From: Vicugna vicugna
Lineage: Eukaryota
NCBI GenBank assembly: GCA_013265495.1
Contig: MU060970.1
Coordinates: 11,237,063-11,301,062 of the forward strand
Direction of reading: 5' to 3'
DNA length: 64,000 bases
The position numbers were made by a program, and so were the translations under genes. Positions 37,601 through 51,400 of the stretch are shown here, piece after piece. The first letter of the stretch is position 1. The number at the start of each line of letters is the position of its first letter. The notes under the pieces were generated by a model, which saw only the letters and a list, made by a program, of their open reading frames with translations, was not told the DNA's origin and ran no database searches.

Positions 37601-40600
37601 AGAGGCGGTGTGGACAGAGGTTGGCCCCAGCCAGGACAGGGGCACCATCCCACTCTCAGGAGGCTGGCAGTCCCAGACAGAACCGCTGGGCCACAGGCCA
37701 CAGGAAGGCAGTCCTGGACACACTTGCTGGCAATGCCATAATGCAAGTGGACACTGGATGATGGCAGAAGGACAGGGGCAACCAACCCAGGTCCCTCCAG
37801 CTCCTCTTGGGCCCTATTTCTGACCCTGTATTAAGGAGAACAGGTTCCCTGTGTGTGGTGTCTCTGATCTGACAATGAGACAACAGTTTCTTTTTCCCTC
37901 CTCACTTGTCGTCCTGCCAGTGTTTAAGCACAGAGGGCACCATGGCCTGGCCCAGGCTCCGGAAGACATTGGAACAGGGGGATTTCCACCAGGCCTGTGC
38001 TGGCTTGGCAACAAACACAGTCAGTGAGGGGACTGGACAGGGGTAGCAAGTGGGGTGGGCAGGGGCCACTGCACAGGGTGTGGGCTCACCAGAACGGCGA
38101 TGGCTTCGGGCAGGGGCCCGCTGGTCCTGAGGCTCTCCTTGGTGTCCTCCACCGTGTACTCCCACTCCAGGCCCATTGCAGTGAAGGTCCGGCTCGTGGC
38201 TTCCTTGCCCTTGGGGTTGAGGATGAAGCTGCCTGTGACCTGGTTCTTCACCGCTGGCCATGGGGAAAGGGTCACACAGATTTCTAATCCCCTCCACAGG
38301 AGCATAAACCACACCTCAGGGGCTTCATGGGCCCCTCGGGGCTCCGTGTCTACCTGTCATTCCTTCCCACCTGAGCCTTTCCCCAGTCAGACGGGTCATA
38401 CCCCTGTTCCCACACAGCGTCCCTGCTTGTGGACCCTGGGGCACACTGTTCCTCCCACACGGTCTCCCTTTCTTTCTGCCTGCCTAATCTCCACCCATAT
38501 TTAAGGCTCAGCACAATTCTCTCCTCCTCCAGGAAGTCTTCTTTGATTGTCCAGTCCTCAGGAATTTGCCCTCCTTACTACTTCTATAGCAGAGCATAGA
38601 GGCTAAGAATACAGGTTCTGGAGTCAGACTGATCTGAGAAAGTAACTAGCTTTCCTGTGCTGCCTGAGTTTCACCATCTGTAAAATGGGAATAATAATTA
38701 TGCTGAGCTCATAGGGCTGCTGCCCACGAGGATGCCTGCGGTATCCCATGCCCATCTACCCTGCTATGGGGCTCCTGGGACAACTGAAGGAGTTCACATA
38801 TACAAGGAACTAGGCAGAGTACACAGCAGCTGCTGGCACTTAATAAATGGTAGGCACTCTTAGTGTCACCAAAACAGTGCCTGACTTTCAGTATTACTAT
38901 GGTTATAGACATCCTGTCTCTCCCACAGCCTGTCAGTGTACCTTCTCTATCTCAGTGTCCTTGGCCCAACACAGGGCCTGGCACAGAGTGCAAATATAAA
39001 AAATACTTGTAAATTTCTACCCCTTAAAGTCCCACTCAGTGAGTAACTTGCAACTTGCTACTGAAAGGTGCCGCGTGGCGGTGGGTGGGAGATGTGTAGC
39101 TACAGACGCCCCAGTAAAGGCCCCTGAATCACAGCCTTATTCGCCCTGGAAGCATCAGGGGTTGGGAAAGGGCTGCAGCCTGGGACCTGAGCCCCCAGCC
39201 AGGTGGGAAGGGCAAAGGCTCCCCACTTGGTGTAATTGTCATGTAAGAGCTAAGGATCCAGAGCACAAACCATGCCCTGCTAAATGCCTCCATGGAGTCC
39301 TCACCCATATCCTAAGGTTGGTGCTTTCATTAATCCAGATGGGAATCAGAGGCTCCAAGAGAGGCAAGGATCTGTCCTGGACACAGAGGCTGACGGCCCA
39401 GCTCTCTGGAGGAACAGCCTCCCTGCTGAGTGGGAGGGGAGATGCCCCCTCATCTCCCTCAGCTTGATCTCTCTCAGCCCCCAGAACCACCAGACCCCCC
39501 AGGCTAGAGCTGAGCACCTCCTCAAATCTCCCCATGGCCCTTGTCTGCTCCCACAGCTCATGGCCGCTGCTGCCCCCCACCCCCGGCTGTACACCCTGCA
39601 CTGCAGAGGGGGGTGGGCTGGACTCAGCATTGACTCTCCACCATCCAGGCCCTACCAGCTCTGAGTCCTGGCCCTACCACTGACCTGCTCTGTACCTGGA
39701 GCAATTATCTTAACTCCTGGGAGCCTCAGCTTCCTTAGCTGCAAAGTGGGATAACAAGAGCCTTCGTGGGCTGTCATGAGGCTTCAGTGAGAGAATGAAT
39801 GAAAAGTGCCAGCTCAAGGCCCCACACATAGTGGATATTAACAGCACGGCCTCTCCTCCCCTCACTTCCTTTCAGAATCGATGTCCCCAAATTCTAGACG
39901 AGCCTAATGTGTTTGGACAGGGCCTTGGCCTTCACTGCCAAGGCTGCCACCTGTCCTGGGTTTCTCCTGAGAGCCTATACCCTGTTGGGTGTGTGCGTGC
40001 ACACACACAGGCACACGAGCACACATACTCACTCACATAAACAGACTCTGCATATTTACACCAAGGCCACTGTGCATCTCACATGCATATAATCACACAA
40101 CCTGGGCCAACGACAGGTCTGTTTTGCTTCCTCTCTGCCCAAGTTCCTGGAGAGCTCTAACCCTCAAGGACTCAGCCAATAAACTCAGCCCACATCAAGC
40201 CTGTCCGGAGTGCTAAGAGCTTCTGCCCTGACCTCTACAGAAGCCTGTTTGCAGCCTAACACTCCTAAGGAGCTAGGCTTCTGGAGAGGGGCAGGATGGA
40301 AGGGGCTGCTGACACTATGGAATCACCCGCAGGGGTACAGCAGGAGGAGTGTCTGTAAGTATCACTCTCTTCTTGGGATAAATGACCCCTCTCCCCCTGC
40401 TCCTGTCCCTCCCTCGGCCCCTGTGCTGGCACAATTCCCCAGAGCCAGATAGGCAAGTGGACAGGGAGGTGGCCAAGCCAAAGGCCTCCCGCCTCCCACT
40501 CCCTGTGCAGAGAGGGGTGGCTGGCAGGAGCACGGGGCTGGGAGATGGGAGACCCAGGCCAGACTGGCTCACTGGGGGTGAGTGAAGATGCTTAGAGAGC

Positions 40601-42413
40601 CCACAATCCACTGGAGGCCTGTTTCCTTGTGCCTTCTGCCTGTTCAGACAAGGCCCAGGGGCCCTCTGGAGCAGGTTAGGAGTCAATTACAACTGGGCTA
40701 ATACAGATGTATTCAGGGAGTGCAAGTTCCCCAGGAGACTTAAAAAAAAGTTTTCTGTTATTTTGATGCTAATCTAAAAATATGAATAGCAACAGCTTTG
40801 TAATATATGAGCCTGCCCAGAGATGGTATGTTTTGTGTTCGTGTTTATGACAAGTTGGTGACAAGCAGTGTGACGTGGTGGGCATAGCAGGTAAGAGGGG
40901 CCTCTGGGACATGCCAAGGCCCACTGGCATCATGGCCCCACACTCTCTGTAAGGACGCTGAACACAGACGAGCGTGGGAGAACCAGCCACTGCCCAATGT
41001 GCAGGCGGCAGCCTTCTGCCCACCTGCTGGCCAGGACCCGGCTCCAAACCATGCTTATGTGCTTTCAATTGAAATATAATTCACAGACCATACAATCCAG
41101 CCTTTTAAAGTATGCAATTCAGTGATTGTGCGATCATCACCACTAAATAATTCCAGAACTTCTTTATTACCCTTGAAAGAAATCTGAAACCCATTTGCAG
41201 TCACTCACTATGTCCCTCTCCTGCTATCCTGACAACCATTAATCTACTTTCTGTCTCTATGGATTTGCCTATTTTGGACATGTTCATTTTTTTTTAAATT
41301 TCCGATTCTAATTGTTAATTACTGATATATGGGAAAGCAACTGACTTTCACATATGAACCTTTTATCTTGCAATCATTCTATAATTGCTTATCATGATAG
41401 AAGTTTTTTGGTCGCTTCTTTCAGATTTTCTACATAGACAGTCATGTTATCTGTGACTAGAGACACCTATATATCTTCCTTCCCAATCTTTTACTTACTT
41501 TTTACTTGCTTTCTATTGTTTTGTTTTGTTTTTTCCAGAGGCAGGGGAGATAATTAGGTTTGTTTGTTTTAATGGAGGTACTGGGGATTGAATCCAGGAC
41601 CTTGTACATGCTAGGCATGCACTCTACCACTGAGCTACACCCTCCCCTCCATGTTCATTTTTTGACAGCCAATTTAGTTTCAGCAAAGACAGAACAAAGC
41701 AAACAAACACACAAAAATCTCCCTCATTACAATAATGTTTTTAATGTGAATTTTACTGATTGATTTGGGGGCTCTAATTTTTACTGTCTTGACTTCATAG
41801 CTGTCTAACTGCTATACGTATAGAGAACAGACATCTAGCTTAGAGACTAGGCTTATGCATCATTATAACAAGAATAACTGAAGGGGCCATGTGGTAGACT
41901 GCAAAAATGGCTACAAGTTCCTCCTATTCCTGTATGCTCACCTCTCTGCACAGTGACTTATCACATTTCCCATCAAGAGGTAGTCTGTTCCTACCTCTTG
42001 TGTCTGGGCTTGGCCATGAGACTTGCTTGGGCCCATGGGACATGAGAAGGCAGGACACAAGCAGAGACTTCAAAAGGGCTCTCACACCCCGAAGCTCGCC
42101 CGCTCTTGCCACTCCTGAGGGCCACACGACAGATACCACATGCATAATCCTGGGCTAGTCAGCCGGGGATATGACCCTGTCACCCTTATGACCCCAGCTG
42201 ACGGCCAGCACCAACCAGGTTCCTAAAGACCCACGAGCTGACTGCATTTTCATGAGTGCAGGTAGATGAGCACAAGAAATTATGTACACAAGAAATTAAC
42301 AGTGGTTGCCCCTGAGGAAGGAAACTGCTCCTGGGGGATGGAGCGGGGAATCTTCACTGGCTCCCCTTGTATACCTTCTGAATTGAACCATGGAGCAGGC
42401 TGCCATTTCAACA

Positions 42414-42447
<34 letters not shown>

Positions 42448-45400
42448 CATACATACATACATAAGGGTTCTCTGCTGTTATTCAGATTTAGGAAATGCCC
42501 CCTGCTTTAGAATCCTCTCCTCTGCTCTCCCAGCTCCCCAACACCTGAGGGCAAATCCCAGGGTCTGGCTGCCCCTCTCCTAGTACCCCAGCACTCACCA
42601 ATGCGGTGGGGGACCTTCTCCAGCTCCTCGATCTGGATGTGTCTGGCACCTGCTGGGATCTGTATCAGCTTGAGAGCTCCTGCCACAGAAGAGGATCCAG
42701 GAAAACCATGAGCATCCTGAGCTGGTGGACCCACAGCCCAGCATCCCCCATTACCCTCTCCCCTCACAGGTACCCAGGAACATCAGTTTCCTCATCTGGA
42801 AAATAGGAATGGGCCCTTCTCCACAAGGTGCTGAGAGGATCAAAGTTTATATAGCTTAAAATGTTCTATAAACACTAAGGGGCTCTGTGTGCGTCTTAGT
42901 TGCCATTATTTCCCATTTTCTTGACCCTATTCTCCCTGATTTTTCCCTCCCCTCTTTCTCCTTATTCTTTAAGTCACTAACTAACAGGCCATGAAGCTCC
43001 AGCATGGGTGGACCCCATGGTCCTCCCAATCCAAGGCCTGGAAATAAACCTTTCTCAGGGTCATAAACCTTCCACTAAGAAGGAGAGGCAAGGCAAAGCT
43101 GTAATTCTCCCCAAGGGAAGTGGATCTAGTTCAGACTAAAGTGTAAAAGACTAATAGATGGCCCTTTTCAACAGCAAGCGTGGCCAGACTGGAGGTGGGG
43201 AGGGAAGTCAAGGAACTCAAAGGTATGAAAGAACTCAGGAGTTAGAAGCAGGAAGTACCACAGTTTAAAAAAAAAGTAGTGAGAGAGGAGAGCAAAAAGG
43301 ACAATCACCAGTCCATTCTGGGCCACATCTTTAGACCTGCCTAACGCCTCATTCCCACCAACAGCCCCAGGCCAAAGAGATGGCTGAGCTGCTGTGACAA
43401 CACAGTGTCTGGCAGGAAATGCTTTCGCACTCCTGATCCCAAGCACAGGCGCAGCACGCCTGGAAGATGAGGCGACCACTGCCAGGGGCAGCCTGGGAAG
43501 GTATGGGACAGGCTCCAGGGCCCCCCTCCCCACCCTGAACTGTGGCCCATCTCAAGGAGGAAGGGTCCACCTGAGGGATGCTGCGGGCTCCAGGGACCCT
43601 GACGAGGCCAGAACCCCAGNNNNNNNNNNNNNNNNNNNNNNNNNNNNNNNNNNNNNNNNNNNNNNNNNNNNNNNNNNNNNNNNNNNNNNNNNNNNNNNNN
43701 NNNNNNNNNNNNNNNNNNNNNNNNNNNNNNNNNNNNNNNNNNNNNNNNNNNNNNNNNNNTGAGGCCAGAGATGGGGTCAGTGGGAGGAGGCTCCCATTTC
43801 CCCACCACCACCCTAACACCAGCAGCCCCTGGCTCCCTCCCCAGTCCCCAGACATGAGAGGACCGTGGACTGAGAGGCACCCCTGTCCTTGTGACAGGGC
43901 AAGGTCTTATACTTGGCTACTCCTCTCCCCTCAAATGAGGCTGAGCAGTAACCCCTTTCTGGCGTCCCAGGGTTGAGTTGAGGACCAAGGTGGGTTGTGG
44001 GTAGGGAAGGTAAGGAGATACCTGTCTTCTTAGGGAGCAGGAGGAGGGGCAGGCAGTGTAGCCCTCCACTCTCCCAGGGTAAGCAGAGGATGGGTGGCCC
44101 AGAGCAGGGCACCTACCACACACTCTCCACGGGCACAGACACTGTACGGATCCCGGTAGCTGCAGCGTGTCCCGTCGTGGACCACCTGGTTCATGAAGAC
44201 AATGTCTCCTGTATCCTCTGACTGGCAGATCAGCTCACACTTCTGAGCATCTATGGGGGAAGGGACCACGCTGAGCCCTAGCTGGGCTCAGAGAAAGTGG
44301 GCTAGGCTAGGATGACATTAGCACATGGCTCAAGCAGGAAGCTCCATGGGCCAGCTCCAGGCACTGGGAAGGGGCATACTGGGTGTGGAACTGGTCTTAA
44401 AATCCCTACTATGTCATTTATGAGTCATGTGACCTTGGACAAATTCCCTGACCTCTCTAAGCCCCAGATCCTTATTTATTATCCCCAATCAGTAAAATGC
44501 CACATCGTATTAAGTAAAATCAATTGACATAATCATCATCATCATCATCATCATCCAACACTTAGTGAATGCTTTCTATATGCCAGATACTTCCAAAACC
44601 TTTATACACTCTTGATGTACAACTTTAAATGCCTTATGTGAATTAACTCATTTAAACCTCTCAATATGCCCAAGGAAGTAGGCTCTAACATTACAGAGGA
44701 AGAAACCAAGGACCAGAGAGGTTAGGAATTTGCTCAAGGCCACACAGCCACACAGTAAGTAAGTAGCAGAGCTAGGATTCTAACACAGGCAGTCTGGCTT
44801 GAGTCCAGCTCTGACCGCTAGAGACATATCACTATTCGTGTAAGATGGTGAATCTCAACATGTCTGTGAACTTTAGAAGGCTTCATGAAAGTAAGGCAGA
44901 ATGCAGCCTGGGTTTGGGTTTGTAAAATGGAGCAGCTTTTAGTTCTAGTTCTAACAATTAAATGTCTCTTCTCTTTTGGGCTATTAACGTCCTAAAAAAG
45001 TAGGTTCCGGGGAACATATAAACACTTGCTGTGTTTCTTAGAAAAAGAGACGTTGGGGCTTAGCTAACTTCCTGGAATTTGCCTAAAAGTCCTGGGAAAA
45101 CCCAAAGGCCAGCTGCCCCATCGGCCTCACAGCCCCTCTCAATCCCGTGCTACTGCAGCTTGTGTGGATCTTGGATGGATATGCAAGGCTTTCAAAGCAA
45201 AAATTTTAAGGAACCATCTGGCTCCCTGCCCCTGGTCCCTAGGCTCCCAAGGTACCTGGAGACATCTTCCCCAGCACTCAGGACTCAAGTCCGGAGCCAC
45301 AACATCCAATATCACTTTGGATTTTAGGCACAGGAGGAGCCAGACTCCTGGCAGGAAGTGGGCCAGGCGCCAAAGGGTGGGGCTGCCACCTTCCCAAAGA

Positions 45401-48400
45401 CAGGCAGAACCCTGACCAGCACACCCCAGGTAGGTGGGTTTCTGGGCAGCCCTAAAAGCCAGCCGACACTGGCAAGGCAGTGGTGAGCTCCCAGAGTGGC
45501 AGGCATCCAGGCAGGGGGGAAACACTCCCTACAAGCATGTTCCGGAGGGGTCTGTGCACTGGCAGGCAACACACAGGCCTCTGAGGTCACTTCCAACTTG
45601 AAGTCTGTCATTCTAAGTGTGAGCTGAAAAACAGAGGGTCCTGCAATTGGTACTTTAGAACTTCTGCTACGAAGAAGTAGCTCTGGGCTCAGGAGAGGAA
45701 AGGCCATTCTAATCAGCGTCATCTGAGGGCTGCGTGGTAGGGGCGAGCATCAGTTGGTGGAAGGACCACGGAGAGGTCGGCGGGGGGAGGTAGACTCTGA
45801 GGACCATTAAAGGCCCTTCCAGCCTGAAGGCTCTAAAACGGTGTGAATCCTAGCCTTTCAGTGGCTGCTCTCTGCCACTGTGAGAACCATCTCTAAAACA
45901 GATAGGCACTGGCTTGGCCCCAAGATTCAGACCCTCTGCGTGAGTCCCCAGGCCTGTGTCTGTCCCTGGGCAGCCTGGAGGGTGTCAGTGTGAGGATCCC
46001 ACAGGCTCCCACTGGCCTGCCTCTCAAATCATTTTCATTAACTGCTAGAACAGTAGCACAATCACTAACACCTAAAAACATGTATGTAACAGGACTGAGC
46101 TTCTCAGGATGCTGGTTATGCAAAGCAAGGGTTGCCTGCACCTGTACACAGCCTTCCCGCACAGGTAAGGACACGTCTGAGAGGCACCAACCCCCACAGC
46201 CAGCACTGCTGCCAGCCTCAACGGTACCTCTGGCCAAGTAACCCTTGCTCAAGATATTTCCCTTGCATCCACCTGTAAATGGTCAGCAGAAGCATACAAA
46301 TCAAGGACAGTTTTGATGAGGATGCTGGCCCCCCGAGGTACACAGTGCAAGGGCCTGCATAAAGGCCTGTGGCAGACCTGCTGACTGCAACGTCCCTTTT
46401 GGTGCCACCACTGTCCCTTCACCTTCACTGGTGGGCCAGGCATGGGAGGCCCTGTCTGGGAAGACAAGGACCCAGCAGGTGCCCAAGGACACGTTGGGTG
46501 GGAGGGGGAGCAGGGTCCGCTCACCGTCGTCAGGCTCGTAGGGGACCCAGCTGTGCTTGGCGTTCTGGTGGGTGTAGTAGGAGTTGCGCTTGGCACACTG
46601 CTGGGCCCGGAAGTCCTCATAGGGCCCCGGACACTCCTCGCTGTTGCAGACCTGGTACTGGAACATGGGCCCTGAGCACAGGCGGCCTCCGTAGGCTGGG
46701 CTGGGGCAAGAACAGAGAGACCTTGCTGGCAGGAAGGCTAGGGAGGGCCAGGTTTCCCACATGGCCACCAGGGTAGCCCAGCCTTTTCAAGTAGCAGAAA
46801 AAGGGGATCCATTAACTTACAAACTAAAAAGGGACCCCCACTGTGAGGCTGCTGAGCTCAGAGCCTTCGGGTCCCTTCAGGCATATACGTGCGTATATGT
46901 GTGTGTGCATGTGTGTGTATGTGATGGGGGAGAGGAGAGAATGGGTGAAAGAAAGGGGGCAAGAAATGGGGAGAAGGGAGGAAGACGGGAGGGAATGACG
47001 AGCCCCCTCTAACTGGGCTGGAAGAGAAATCAGTCTTATTCATCTTTGTATGTTCTTTCAACTGTTACTCGGGGCCTGACATACAGTTGGCACTCAATAA
47101 ATGACTCAAGTGTTCCTATTTGTATCCGCTTCCACTTAATATCATAATGAACTAAGGAGTCGTAAAAGAGACTTGGATTTGGAATTAGAAGATCTGGCTC
47201 AATCTAACCCCAAGTCCTGACTAAGCAACCTTGGGTAAGTCACTTAGTCTGGCCATGCCTTAACTTCCCCTTTGAAGGAGGGACCATAACATGTTATTTT
47301 ACCCACCTCCTATGTGCGTGAAGAATGCGTGAAGAATAAGAAAAGGTAATTTAAAGCAATCTGTATTTTCTTCCCCATTAAATTAAGAGGATTAGGTTAA
47401 GATTACAGATACAAAGCATCCAAGTGCACGAGGTTACTGGCGCTCTGCTCAGAGATGCTCGAGGATTACAGGGGTTTATGAACTGCTTAGCACCCTACCT
47501 GGCACAGAGAAGGTGCTCCATACACTGGAATAATTATCACAGCAGCTGACCTTTATTAGAGCTTAATCTGTGCTGGGTATGGTGCTGAGAGTACACATAT
47601 TATTTCATTTAAGCCTCATAAAATAGTTATTATTACAGAGAAGTTCAATAAATGGGAGCTTTGATCAAGGGGATAACTATCTGTCATGACTGAAAGGTGG
47701 TTTTTTTCCAGAGTGGCCACACTGGGCCTTTCTCTAATCTGGCTTTCATGCCCCCCAACAGGTAGAAGTTGTAAGGCAGTTCATTTTGGCTCATGTTTGT
47801 AAAAGGTCAGGACAGTCATCTGACACAGGAACAGGCTGCTCCAAGAGGCACTGAGTTTCATTGCTGGAGGTACCCAGCAGAGCGTGAAGGACCACACCTG
47901 AGGATGCCAGCTACCAGGCCTCTGAGATCCTAGGAACTGCTGTCCTGCACTGCCCAACACATCACTCCACGCCGTGAGGGGTGGGGCCGGGCCACACCCC
48001 ACAGAGGTTCAGAATCCCTGGTTCCTGGAGCCAGCTGACCCTCATGGCCAGCCCGCATTTCTCATGAAGCTGTTCTAAGCAGGCTGCTTCATCTTGGGAG
48101 ATGGAGGTCAGAGAGAGCTGGCACTCAGAGGTTCCAAAACCACAGGAGGAGATCCCCATAGAGGGAATAAAAGGAAGAAATAGAGTGCTCCCCTAGAATG
48201 CTGGCGGGGGGTTGGCGGAGGGAATACTTAGAAACAGGTAAGTTCAGAAAAATTAAAGGAAGTTTTGTTTCATGTGGTAGGAAACAGACTTGGGGAATTT
48301 ATTCTCCAAAGACATGGCTAGTGAACATTTAGATCAGTGTTTTCTCAAAGTTCAGCTGAAGGATCAGGGTCAGAGGAGGGCTTGGTCAACTGGCCAAGCC

Positions 48401-51400
48401 TTGTGCTCACCCAGACTCTCTGCAGAATCTTCTGCACATGATAGTCTGAGAATCATTGGTTCAGACTCAATCTCAGATATCAGACCCGATGGGAAATGTC
48501 AGATCCAGGCAGAAGTGATTTGGCTCCCTCAACAATTTTGGGTCCTCATCCACTGGAATACACAACCCCGTGCAGAGGACCTTCTTTCCTGTGCTCTGCC
48601 CCCTAGTGTCTTCCCCTCTAAGCCCCTCAGAGCCCTGCCCTGCCCATCCTAGCCAAGCACACTCACGGGGGATTGTCACAGTTCCGGCTACGGGATCGAA
48701 CTCCGCCCCCACATGACCGTGAACAGGACCCGAACTTGGTCCAGGAGCTCCAGCCTCCATCCTGGCCGTAAGTCTGCTCCGGCGACTTCCAGATGCAGTG
48801 ACCTTTGAAGCACCACTGGGAGGGAGCAGAGGGGTGTGAGGTCACGCTGGGGCCACCGCCGCCTTGCCTGCCATGGAGAGTGCCCAACCAGGCACCCAGC
48901 ACAGCTGGTGGGTACTGTGGATGAGCTCAGAGAAAGAGACTTTAAGGGCATAAGCCTCGGGGTTACACAGAATCTCAGCCCTACTGTGAGCTGAGTGGCC
49001 TTCAGTAAAAGGTCCCCCTTTTCGAGCTTATTCCTCAGTTGTCCAGTGTGGATGACAGCACCTGCCCCAGGGCTGCCGCGAGCTTTCAGTGAGATAACCA
49101 GGCACACACAGCCCTCCACGCATGGCAGCGGTATTATTAATGACGATAACCGGGCGATGATTTGGTTTACCACCCCAGGAGAAACAACAGGCTGATAAGG
49201 GAGCAAAGACACAATTTCCCACACTGTCTCGAGCTGATCTTGGCTGTGCACTTCGAAATCACCATCCAGGGACCTCAAGCAGGTATGTTCCTGGGAGGCC
49301 AGCCAGCCACACAGGAGGTCGTCCATGCAGTGGAGGGAGCACATGCCTCAAGCCCGAGAGACCTGGGTTTGAATCCCAGCTCGGCCATGACTAGCTGTGT
49401 GTGGCTTTGGTAAGAGCTTTACCTTGCTGAGCCATGGTTTACTTGCCTGTTAAATGGGATAGTTCCAAGAACTGAAGGCAACAACAGTTACAAAAGGCCT
49501 TTGCACAGGGCCAGGCACAAAGGACAGCTCAACCAGCATCAACTCTCTTCCCTTTTCTTGTCGGGCCCCAGTGAAGAAATTCAGCAAAGCTCTCTAGGTC
49601 TTTTTCAAGAGATAACTCAGTGGTTCTCAGCCTTGAAGTCACTGCAGGGACCTTTTAAAACTCCAGATGCCCCGGCTTCACCCTAGACTGAGTCAGACTC
49701 TCTAGGGGTAGGGATGTTTCAAAGAAGTGGTAATTTTTACAAGAAGCAGTATACAATTGACCGCTGAACAACTCGGGGGTTAGGGGCACTCACCCTCTGC
49801 AGTTAAAAGTTCTGTGTATAACTTATAATTGACTCTCTGTAAGTGAGGTTCTACATTCGCAAATTCAACACATTATGTAATATGGTGGTATTTATTACTG
49901 ACCAAAATCCACATACAGCGGAACCCATGCAGTTCAAACCTGTGTTGTTGAAGAGTCAACTGAGCTTTATATGCCATAAGTCACTCATTTCAAGTGTACC
50001 ATTCAATGATTTTTTTCATAAACTTACAGCATTTGGCAACCATTATCACAATCCAACTTTGGAACATTTCCATCACCCCAAAAAGACAGCTGAGGCCCAT
50101 CTGGAGTCATTCCCTGTTTTGGGGGGTGGGGCTTTGAAAGCTCCCCAGATGGTTTTAATTGTGCAGACAAAACTGAGAGCCACTGATTAACCCTTGTGTG
50201 AAACTGTGACAGAAGAGGGTCCAGAACCTTGAAAATGCCTGGAGCAGGTATACCCTAGGCTCTAGGATAACAGCCCGCCAGGTCTGGAGTGCACTGGGCC
50301 TGTACGAGGCCATGGGAAGCTCCACCCATCTGGGCAGGGGCAGACCCTGTACAGATGTGAGTGGCAGGAGCCTGGAGAGGGCAGAGGACGGGGGGTGGGG
50401 TCAGGTCCGTGCCTGGACTCACAGCTGCTGCTGGGCGATATCCCGCCTCTCTAAACACCCTGCTTCCTCCCAGCTCCCTCGTTTGCTCTGACGTGGCTCA
50501 TAACTTCAGAACAACCTGAATGGGAAGAATGCTTAGTCAGGGGTCAGCAGCGGGTCAACGAATGGCCCAAAGTCACCACACAGAGATCGGGGCAGGGCCA
50601 GCAATAGAGCGGAGGGGGGTTTCAGACTCCAGCTCAGGGCTCTCAGGTGTGGCGTCCCCCTGAAACCCACACACAGGAGGGTGCAAGCACACATTAGGAA
50701 GTAGACGAAAGGGCAGGTTTGGGCGGGGGTGGGGAGAACACATGTGTGGGAGAAACAGCATGGTGGAGTAGGGAGGAGGAGGCGGGACACCTACAGTCTT
50801 CCCTTCATCCCTTCTCTGCTAATCACTCTCTGTCTGACCTCCGCAAGTTCCCTAACCTGCCTGGGCCTCACTCTCCTCATCTGTAAAATGGGAGTAAGCA
50901 TTCCTGCTGATGGGCTATAAGACAAGGCCAAACTGTACACTGTAGAAGCCAAGGACTGTGGTGCAGGGAAGACGGTGTGAGCATGTGAGTTGACGTGCAG
51001 ACCCCATGCCTATCTGCCTGCACGTGAGGCTCCCTCCTATTCTCTTGCACTGACCCACCCCCACCCCACGCATTCATATCCACACTTGGTGGGGAGGTGG
51101 GGGCTCCCTAGGGCCTGCACCCGGGGAAGGCCCTCCTGCTGCAAACTGGGCCCTGCGGGTACCTTGCCTGGTGCGCACTCAGTCCCATCCAGCGGGGGCC
51201 CCTTCTTGGTCTTGCAGAAGTACGGGTTGTCAGGGTGGCTGCACCACAGCTGCTTGCAGGCCTCAAAGGTCCTGAACTGTGCGGCAAGGGGGATGGGGTC
51301 ACTGGGCTGGACCAGCTCTCCAGCTCTGACAAGCTGTCCAGGGGGTGAAGGGCAGTGACAGAGAGAGGGAGGGTGTGGTGGGCACTGAGGCCAGAACCCT

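Noticed and set aside
41580-41647. tRNA gene (also 62770..62843)
   Set aside because: The A/B boxes belong to a tRNA-derived SINE head with tail and TSDs; no intact cloverleaf
42680-44116. ADAMTS14 pseudogenisation by exon loss or frameshift
   Set aside because: The missing exon coincides with an N-run of suitable size, and all other exons are intact with conserved catalytic residues
47315-47336. 11-bp direct duplication TGCGTGAAGAA x2, and a similar 17-bp-period duplication at 58504..58532
   Set aside because: Ordinary slippage micro-duplications with no functional context
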